DNA of 8,165 nucleotides from contig NW_021828535.1 of the NCBI RefSeq assembly GCF_006345805.1, positions 1-8,165 of the forward strand, read 5' to 3'. This DNA comes from Octopus sinensis (Eukaryota). A program made the translations under genes and the position numbers. Shown piece by piece: positions 1-7,555 of this stretch. The notes beneath the pieces were generated by a model, which was given only the letters and a program-made list of their open reading frames with translations, made no database searches and was not told the DNA's origin. How positions within the stretch are numbered: position 1 is the first letter of the stretch; every line of letters starts with the position of its first letter.

Positions 1-39
1 TAAAAACAGATTCTCTAATGAATATTTATATTAATTTAT

Positions 40-124
40 GGCTGCGAGCTGGCAGAATCCGGGTGGAATGTTTAATGGCATTTCACCTGGCTTCACGTTC
101 TGAGTTCGAATCCCACGCGCCTTT
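40..124 (+). mobile_element. Diverged 5' head fragment of SINE family B (tRNA-derived)
   Basis: GGCTGCGAGCTGGCAGAA...CCGGG..GAATG.TTA..GG.ATTTC...ACGTTCTGAGTTCGAATCCC aligns, with deletions, to the reverse complement of the head at ~3620-3720. B-box-like GAGTTCGAATCC at 102-113. Confidence 0.8.
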
Positions 125-379
125 AAAAGTGATAGCTACTTAAAATTTGCTGTATCAGATCAAAAACTTTTATGATATCGGAGCAGACAGATTGCCAAAG
201 GAGCGGGAAATGAAATGTTTTTCCAGAAAGATCCTCGTATATATTTCCTCATCGTTTATTCATCTTTTAATGTTTTCAATGCGTTTAAGGAAAACATATT
301 TGACATCGATGTGAACGACAAACATATGATGATACATCATATATTTATTTCGCTTGTTTGGATCGCACCCCATCAAGCG

Positions 380-663
380 AAAATCCCGAATCACGTGTTG
401 CAGATTTTGTGAAACAAACGGAAGTAGAATCTGCAATGAGAGAGAAGAATGTAAGACAGAAATGAAGTAGAGGTGATTGAGTGTGGATATATATTTTTTA
501 TTTTAATTAATTATTCGATATTTACAGAACAAACGTGTGAGATACAAGTTATTTGTTACAAATACAATACGTGTAATGGAGGAAAATGTTGCCAATAGCA
601 ACAAACAACGAATCCGTCAAAAAAGATTATCGTTATTTTTTTGTTAAAATATCCCAAGAAACA
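380..663 (+). pseudogene. Possible N-terminal remnant of the hAT transposase (degenerate BED-finger-like region and linker)
   Basis: Manual translation across frameshifts: NPESRVADFVKQTEVESAM / EECKTEMK*R (weak BED-like), then QKRLSLFF / VKISQE. The latter joins in frame to IT*KLVAED once the SINE and one TSD copy are removed. The BED assignment is weak; the 620-663 part is better supported. Confidence 0.45.
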
Positions 664-1098
664 TACTCTTTTACTCTTTTACTTGCTTCAGTCATTTGAC
701 TGCGGCCATGCTGGAGCACCGCCTTTAGTCGAGCAAATCGACTCCCAGGACTTATTCTTTGGAAGCCTAGTACTTATTCTATCGGTCTCTTTTGCCGAAG
801 CACTAAGTTACGGGGGCGTAAACACACCAGCTTCAGTTGTCAAGCGATGTTGTTGTTGGTGGTGGTGGGGTGGGTGGGTACAAAGACAGACACACAAACA
901 TATACACACACATACATATATATATATACATACATACAACGGGCTTCTTTCAGTTTCCGTCTACCAAATCCACTCACAAGGCTTTGGTTGGCCCGAGGCT
1001 ATAGTAGAAGGCGCTTGTCCAAGGTGCCACGCAGTGGGACTGAACCCGAAACCATGCGGTTGGTAAGCAAGCTACTTACCACACAGCCACTCTTGCTC
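664..1098 (-). mobile_element. Full-length tRNA-derived SINE, family A (CORE-like; resembles octopus SINEs)
   Basis: On the minus strand: A-box-like TGGCTGTGTGG (1079-1089), B-box-like GGTTCAGTCCC (1036-1046), CORE-like CCTTGGACAAGCGCCTTC (1007-1024), internal GT/AT microsatellites (~847-938), and an (AAAGAGTA)n tail at 664-683. Candidate TSD AGAAACA (657-663) / AGAAATA (1099-1105). The 3' half recurs at 6133-6328. Confidence 0.9.
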
Positions 1099-2330
1099 AG
1101 AAATAACGTGAAAACTAGTCGCAGAGGACAGCATCTTCATCAATATAGTATCAAAAATAAAGTATATGAAAAATAAAATACATCAGAAAGTCATTGAGAG
1201 ACGAGGGAGGTATTTTACCAAAATATCCAACATATGTAATGGATGTTGTTAATTTGTAATTCACTAAACTAGAGGAACAGTTGTGCTCTAAAATTACTAA
1301 TTGATTAAGTACCAAATGAACGTTTAGTTTATCCTTAGATGAATACACCTCGATAAAAAAAATCGCTTCTGTTCAATATCAATACATATTCTCGGGAAGA
1401 TTCTATAACTTTGCCTGCTTTGAATCTGCTGTTCGAAATAGTTAAAGAAAAGGCAGAAGAATTTGATACGTTTCTAGAGAAAAAAAAGAAAACAGACAAA
1501 AAAACTGTAGTGGTTTGTATTATTGATGATGCATTTCTGATCATGAAATTTGAAAAACTTATTGAATTTGATTCCCATCTGTGAACCCACATTCAAAATA
1601 TTTGACAGTGGGTCATGCGAATCATGAGATCGGCAACGCCAATTGCTGCCATTTTTCTAAAGAATATTGAAGCTGAAAACAAGCATTGTTGACTGCAGAG
1701 ATAAAAATTTCTATGTAAAAATAAAAATAGGGGTTTTGATAATCCGAGATAGATATTTCAATATATTCACACGAAACCGTTATCGAAATGAAAGTTTTCA
1801 ATATCATGCAATCAAAATCATTTCAAGATAAACGCAGAAAATTACAAATCTTCCGCAACTCTTCCCTCAGTAACCATAACTTAGGAACTTATGCTCAGCA
1901 AGAATATGGAAAATGTTTGCATTGGATTGGAAAAGATGATGGAACCATTTCTAAAAGCCATTCCAAATAATTCGTATCGGAAGTACGCCCACATTGGTTG
2001 CAAACTACGTATAGAAACAAGTTTTTCATTTCAGAGAGCAAAAAAAAAAAAAAAAGAAAAATCAATAATTTGTGACACCATCGTATCATTAGAACCAACT
2101 ACTTTCACCAGAAGATATATTTTGCGTTCAAATTCAAAAAACACATAATTTTAAGAAAAACTTTCAGAGGTTTTTATTCTAAGCATAAAATAGAGAAGCT
2201 ATGAAAAATTGTCCGGTTCAATATTGGATTGATTTTAGAAACACAATCAGGCAAAAAATGTTTAGCAGCGTTGCCAACCAAAGGAAGTAAATTTCTTCTG
2301 CGAAGCAGGTATTAGATCGCCTTCTTAGTT
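1099..2330 (+). pseudogene. Decayed hAT-superfamily DNA transposase (catalytic core), multiple stops and frameshifts
   Basis: Colinear manually translated blocks: EIT*KLVAEDSIFINIVSK; KYIRKSLRDEGGILPKYPTYVMDVV; FSLSLDEYTS (1323-1352, first catalytic D at 1338); FNINTY; EIVKEKAEEFD; VVCIIDDAFLIMKFEKLI (TDGASVM-like, D at 1525); HL*THIQ (decayed CxxH); KRRKLQIFRNSSLSNHNLGTYAQQEYGKCL; LEKMMEPFLK; IVSLEP; EKLSEVFILSIK*RS; LPTK / SAKQVLDRLL. Order and spacing match hAT transposases with the FSLxLDEWTS...NINVH...TDGASVM...CxAHGIHL pattern, recalled rather than searched. Confidence 0.85.
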
Positions 2331-2486
2331 ACCATGTTATTATCAGTACGAATACGCTTGATGCACGTTCGAACTGGGGAACAAGCTACTCACTGCGTTT
2401 TGTCACGGAGAATATAACTCGCTTGTTGACAAATGGTGTGTATACACCTAGATCAGCTCGCAACACCACCTACCTAGACTGTGAGA

Positions 2487-2525
2487 TGTCAATATTTCGG
2501 AGTAATTGTCTCTTCATCAGTGACA
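2487..2525 (-). ncRNA. Degenerate type I hammerhead-ribozyme-like motif
   Basis: Minus strand reads UGUCA-CUGAUGA-AGAG-ACAAUUA-CUCC-GAAA-UAU-UGACA. Both core boxes are present, with a 5-bp stem I and a short stem II. Stem III and the cleavage triplet are too short for a canonical fold. Confidence 0.4.
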
Positions 2526-2589
2526 GACACTAAACAACGACACTGTGAACTAACTTAAGAGATTAACACTCTTATGCTTTTCCAGTCAC

Positions 2590-2633
2590 TGTACGATGAC
2601 GGGTAGCGCTATGTGGCTACCAGTCATCGTACA
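2590..2633. other. Inverted repeat / hairpin, 17 of 18 bp paired, 8-nt loop
   Basis: TGTACGATGAC-G-GGTAGC-[GCTATGTG]-GCTACC-A-GTCATCGTACA. Confidence 0.85.
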
Positions 2634-3490
2634 CCCTGTATTCTAATGCATCTTTACATCAGCCAACCGTGGAAGTTCGTTCGCGATGAATACATTAAAA
2701 GAAGCTTGATGAATAACATACGTATGTGTGAAGTAGAAATAACTGAAAAACATTCTTTTCTACTCTAGGAACAAGGCCAGAAATTTTGGGGGAGGGGGCC
2801 AGTCGATTAGATCGACCCCAGTACGCAACTGGTACTTAAATTATCCACCCAGAAAGGATAAAAGGCAAAGTCGACCTCTGCAGAATTTGAACTCAGAACG
2901 TAAAGACAGACGAAATACTGCTAAGCATTTCGCCCGGCGTGCTGATGTTTCTTATTTTTTTACTGCCTACACACAGAGGGGACAAACAAGGACAGACAAA
3001 CGGATTAAGTCGATTATATCGATCCCAGTGCGTAACTAGTACTTAATTTATCGACCCCGAAAGGATAAAAGGCAAATTCGACTTCGGCGGAATTTGTTCT
3101 CAGAACGTAGCGGCAGACGAAATACCTATTTCTTTACTACTCACAAGGGGCTAAACACAGAGGGGACAAACAAGGACAAACGGATTAAGTCGATTACATT
3201 AACCCCAGTGCGTAACTGGTACTTATTTAATTGACCTCGAAAGGATGAAAGGTAAAGTCGACCTCGGCGGAATTTGAACTCAGAACGTAGCGGCAGACGA
3301 AATACCTATTTCTTTATTACCCACAAGGGGCTAAACATAGAGAGAACAAACAAGGACAGACATAAGTATTAAGTCGATTATATTGACCCCAGTGCGTAAC
3401 TGGTACTTAATTTATCGACCCCGAAAAGATGAAAGGCAAAGTCGACCTCGGCGGAATTTGAACTCAGAACGTAGCGGCAGACGAAATACC

Positions 3491-3720
3491 TATTTCTTTA
3501 TTACCCACAAGGGGCTAAACATAGAGGGGACAAACAAGGACAGACATAGGTATTAAGTCGATTACATCGACCCCAGTGCGTAACTGGTACTTTAATTTAT
3601 CGACCCCGAAAGGATGAAAGGCAAAGTCGACCTCGGCGGAATTTGAACTCAGAACGTAACGGCAGACGAAATACCGCTAAGCATTTCGCCCGGCGCGCTA
3701 ACGTTTCTGCCAGCTCGCGC
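3491..3720 (-). mobile_element. Only complete SINE family B monomer in the array (unit 5)
   Basis: Retains the head GCGAGCTGGCAGAAACGTTAGCGCGCCGGGCGAAATGCTTAGCGGTATTTCG (minus strand), the B-box-like motif, the body and the ...TAATAAAGAAATA tail. Confidence 0.88.
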
Positions 3721-3825
3721 GTATTAATATATATTCTGTTAACAACCCTGACATTCTGGTGGGTGTTCTTTTCTGAGCGCATGGAAATCAAATTCCAATG
3801 TGATTACGTTCTAATTTTACTATTC

Positions 3826-3890
3826 TAACGGCAGACGAAATACCGATAAGCATTTCGCCCGGCGTGCTAACGTTTTTGCCAGCTCGCCGC
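3826..3890 (-). mobile_element. Orphan 5' head of SINE family B
   Basis: TAACGGCAGACGAAATACCGATAAGCATTTCGCCCGGCGTGCTAACGTTTTTGCCAGCTCGCCGC is near-identical to 3657-3720 and lies just inside the right TSD copy. Confidence 0.9.
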
Positions 3891-3895
3891 TTTAC

Positions 3896-4195
3896 TAACT
3901 GAAAAATATTGCCTTATCTTACGAATGAGAGAAACGCCAGTATAGCAAGTGTAAACTAAATATAACAGCCACGTTAACATACACCTTGCTATACATGAAA
4001 ATATTAAGTAAACTTTAATAAAGACATACTGAGAATAAAGACATACTGTTGAGCGAATTATTAACAATTCAAGAAAGGGAGGCTATTATTTGGTACAACG
4101 ATGTAAGAATATGTGCTCTCTCTTTCTCTCTCTCTTTCTCTCCCTCTCTCTAATGAAAGTTACTTGTCTTGTATGAAGCTACTTTAAGAAAGCCG
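3896..4195 (+). pseudogene. Probable C-terminal remnant of the same hAT transposase (dimerisation-domain region)
   Basis: LPYLTNERNA (~3909-3938), NKDILLSELLTIQ (4034-4072; resembles the L..ALLTI segment before PTSVESERAFS) and CLV*SYFKK (4165-4191; resembles terminal LCFLRSYF). The ESERAFS motif itself is not recognisable. Confidence 0.5.
4116..4151. repeat. Imperfect (CT)n microsatellite
   Basis: Direct reading. Confidence 0.9.
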
Positions 4196-4639
4196 CGAAC
4201 AAACATTTTATATATATATAGGCCTGATGAAATATTTATGACTGTATTTAATTCTATTATGATGTAAATATCAAAGCGAGAATTTAGCTTTTCCAACCAA
4301 CATACAATTCATCATGGGAAAATTTAGATCCTATACCACTGCGCTCTATTCTTATATATAAATGGAATTGGATTGTGCAGTCTTGGAAAATTATTCCTTA
4401 AGATAAAGACAGTATCGTCGCGTTTGGAAATAATCGTTTGATGATAGGTCTACTCTCACAACCAAAATAGGATTAAGCAATAACAGCATTTTAGCAACTG
4501 GCTTACGGCAGAGTGTCCGTCCATACGGTCAGTGAACTTATATCACAAATAGTCAAATTTCCTTCATATTGCACATCTCTGAATAATGTAATCCTAGCAG
4601 TGCTACGTATGAAACAAAAAAATGGGATGATCATGATTG

Positions 4640-5123
4640 CAACGACTTTGATCACATCTCGTTTAGTCATAACTTCGATCATAACTCATTTGGTCATATC
4701 TTCGATCATAACTCATTTGATGATGACTTCGATCATAAATCAGTCATAACTTCTATTATAACTCAGTCATAATTTCGACCATAACTCATTTGGTCATATC
4801 TTCGATCATAACTCATTTGGTCATATCTTCGATCATAACTCATTTGGTCATATCTTCGATCATAACTCATTTGATGATGACTTCGATCATAAATCAGTCA
4901 TAATTTCGACCATAACTCATTTGGTCATATCTTCGATCATAACTCATTTGTTCATAACTTCGATCATAACTCATTTGGTCATAACTTCGATCATAACTCA
5001 TTTGGTCATAACTTCGATCATAACTCACTTGGTCATATCTTCGATCATAACTCATTTGGTCATAACTTCGATCATAACTCATTTAATCATAACTTCGATC
5101 ATAACACAATCGATGACAACTTC
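4640..5123. repeat. 27-bp minisatellite (~18 units, with some 23-bp variants)
   Basis: Consensus TCATA(A/T)CTTCGATCATAACTCATTTGG, degenerate at both edges, no unique spacers. Confidence 0.95.
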
Positions 5124-5437
5124 ACACGGAGTTGAAACGCTATTTGATTTATTTTTCAGCGTACAATTTTCATCATCCCACAACCAAGTATGACATCACC
5201 CCTTCCTGCCTTATTCATCTATCACCTTTCCTTTCTCATTCATAAACACAAGAGTTTTATTGTAGTAGACTATCTCGGTCACCATGGGAGCTATGATAAA
5301 ATACAAAAACCTTAAAGAGGGTCAAAGTTAAGAACAAAAAATGAATGTGGAGACATACAAGGAAGCCGAACGAAAAGAAACATGGAGGGTCGTTAGACGA
5401 GAAGGGGAGGAAAATAGTGAACGTTGGGAGAAATATT

Positions 5438-5663
<226 letters not shown>

Positions 5664-5779
5664 CATCCGCTCGTTTAAACGTCCGTAACGGAAAAGAAAA
5701 GATGGTAACGCGAGGAAAAAAAGATGGACGATGGTTAGCACCAGTGGGAACGGAGGTGGCGAACTGAGGTTTAGAAAGA

Positions 5780-5814
5780 TGTGTGTGTGTGTGCGTGTGT
5801 GTGTTTGTATGTGT
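5780..5814. repeat. Imperfect (TG)n microsatellite
   Basis: Direct reading. Confidence 0.9.
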
Positions 5815-5854
5815 AAAACTGACCGTCTTGCTTTTTTCCCTGGCTGTCAAATGT

Positions 5855-5908
5855 TGACGTTTCCTGTCAGTCAGATTATGACGTTTCCTCCTGTCAGTCA
5901 AATTATGA
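5855..5908. repeat. Two-copy tandem repeat (24 and 27 bp)
   Basis: TGACGTTTCCTGTCAGTCAGATTA then TGACGTTTCCTCCTGTCAGTCAAATTA. Confidence 0.88.
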
Positions 5909-6034
5909 ACAGACTTTTCCTGTGCGAATATAAACAGGTGTTTGTTTGCTTTACCGAGAAAAAAAAAAAAAAAATTAAAAATCTACTTGTAGATATTTCG
6001 TGGCCACGAATTTATTCGTTGTCAAAATAAGATG

Positions 6035-6070
6035 TTATTGAAAAGGGAAAATATAGAAGAGGGAGAGAGA
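6035..6070. repeat. 36-bp direct repeat, right copy
   Basis: Identical to 5438-5473. Confidence 0.92.
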
Positions 6071-6132
6071 TGTGCTAATTGAATTTGGTCTGTCATGAAA
6101 GATTTATTTACATAACGAACTAGTTCTCTCTG

Positions 6133-6328
6133 TACTCTTTTAATCTTTTTACTATTTTACTTGTTTCAGTCATTTGACTGCGGCCATGCTGGAGCACCGC
6201 CTTTAGTCGAACAAATCGACCCCAGGACGTATTCAGTGCAAGCCTAGTACTTATTCTATCGGGCTCCTTTTACCGAACCGCTAAGTGACGGGGACGTAAA
6301 CACATCAGCATCAGTTGTCAAGCGATGT
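6133..6328 (-). mobile_element. 5'-truncated copy of SINE family A (tail and 3' half)
   Basis: Highly similar to 664-850 (TACTTG.TTCAGTCATTTGACTGCGGCCATGCTGGAGCACCGCCTTTAGTCGA...GTTGTCAAGCGATGT). Similarity stops where the internal GT-rich tract of the full copy begins. Confidence 0.92.
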
Positions 6329-6374
6329 CTTCCAACTTCAGCCATATGTAGAAGCTGGCTTTTTCGACCGCCTC

Positions 6375-6402
6375 CTAATAAGGAGAATACTCTCCTTATT
6401 AG
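6375..6402. other. Perfect inverted repeat, 12-bp stem and 4-nt loop
   Basis: CTAATAAGGAGA-ATAC-TCTCCTTATTAG. Confidence 0.85.
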
Positions 6403-7162
6403 CTTTCTCAGTTCCGAGCTAGAAAATGCAAATTTTCTTTTGAATAACGTCGCCATTTTTCTTTCAATGAAGCCCCTAACCTCCACAGCCCGGTGGTAAT
6501 ACTCGACTCTGAGGAAGTCAACCTTGTTTTCAATATTTTGTCTGAGTAAAAACGAAAAGTAAAATAATAGGGAATTATTAAGTATTTTCTCCATCCAAAT
6601 TTCTGACCATATTCATAGGAGTATCTTGAGAGCATTTACACTTGTGTACTGTTAACATTTTCTAGAATAAAGTCACAATCAGTTATACAAGTTGTGCTTT
6701 CAATAAATGTCGCGTGATGAATGAAGAATTTAATTCTGCATAGAGTTTGTTGCAGTAGGTTTTTCTGCTATTTATATAACAATTAGTTAATCTGCATTTC
6801 TGTTCATAATTCCCCCCCCCCCCAAAAAAAGTGCTTTAAATTTCATTTTCTTACTATATATAACAAAGTAACGATTCATAATTACAGCTAATGAAATTTC
6901 GCTTATGTTCTCCAACATGATCTTGTTCGGTTCCCCATCGTTATTGCTGCAGGGGGGCCGTGTCTAGCCGTGTTGTTCGCAGCGGTTTTTTTGAATGGTG
7001 AATTGAATTTTGCAAATATATGAATTTTGCAATATTTTAACGGAACAAAAAATTTCAAGTAAGATTTGAAAAATGATAACCAATTATTTAACAAGGTTGG
7101 TGGCTGTATTATTAATGAATAGACTGCAACGCAAAATGTATTCCTGCTTACGTCAAGCATCC

Positions 7163-7177
7163 ATATACATATGTTTG

Positions 7178-7212
<35 letters not shown>

Positions 7213-7309
7213 TATATATATATAGATATATATATATATATATATATATAGATATATATATATATATATATGTATATATATTATATATATATATATTATA
7301 TTATATATA

Positions 7310-7342
<33 letters not shown>

Positions 7343-7522
7343 TAATATATATATATGTATATAATATATATTATAGAATGTATATATATATGTATATATA
7401 TATATATATGTATATATTATTATATATATATATATTTATGTATATATATATATATCTATATATATATATATATTATATAATAATATATAATATATATATA
7501 ATTATATATATATATATATATA

Positions 7523-7555
<33 letters not shown>

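Larger units (their letters stand above)
2753..3895 (-). mobile_element. Composite head-to-tail multimer of SINE family B: five units, 105-bp spacer and orphan head, bounded by one TSD
   Basis: Units at 2753-2952, 2953-3126, 3127-3306, 3307-3490 and 3491-3720 share the body ...GTCGAT..ATCGACCCCAGT.CG.AACTGGTACTTAATTTATCGACCCCGAAAGGATGAAAGGCAAAGTCGACCTCGGCGGAATTTGAACTCAGAACG (B-box-like GAGTTCAAATTCC on minus). Flanking repeat TAACTGAAAAACA (2740-2752) / TAACTGAAAAATA (3896-3908). Confidence 0.9.

Noticed and set aside
1030-1096. tRNA gene
   Set aside because: A and B boxes are present but belong to the SINE A head, which continues into CORE-like and tail sequence.
641-1176. ORFs 641-1066 and 847-1176
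   Set aside because: They read antisense through SINE A and its microsatellites; no protein family signal.
1788-2148. ORFs 1788-1970 and 1891-2148 as real genes
   Set aside because: They are open fragments of the frameshifted hAT transposase fossil.
2753-3720. CRISPR-like array, tRNA gene cluster or ~180-bp satellite
   Set aside because: Units are SINE bodies with tails, a dispersed copy at 40-124 and an enclosing TSD. There is no cloverleaf and no unique spacers.
3597-3828. ORFs 3597-3791 and 3643-3828
   Set aside because: Translations of SINE B head sequence.
4017-4048. 15-bp direct repeat AATAAAGACATACTG (4017-4031, 4034-4048) containing AATAAA
   Set aside because: A small local tandem duplication within the decayed transposase; no evidence for a functional polyadenylation site.
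4640-5123. CRISPR array (27-bp periodic repeat)
   Set aside because: Repeats are contiguous with no unique spacers, there are no cas genes, and the context is eukaryotic.
6256-6635. Minus-strand ORFs and a possible 61-nt exon at 6481-6541 (polypyrimidine-CAG acceptor, GTTAGG donor)
   Set aside because: No recognisable protein, a weak donor, and one ORF runs into the SINE. It cannot be supported without RNA-seq junction reads.
6968-6992. Rho-independent terminator (hairpin plus T7)
   Set aside because: Eukaryotic repeat context, imperfect stem and no upstream gene.
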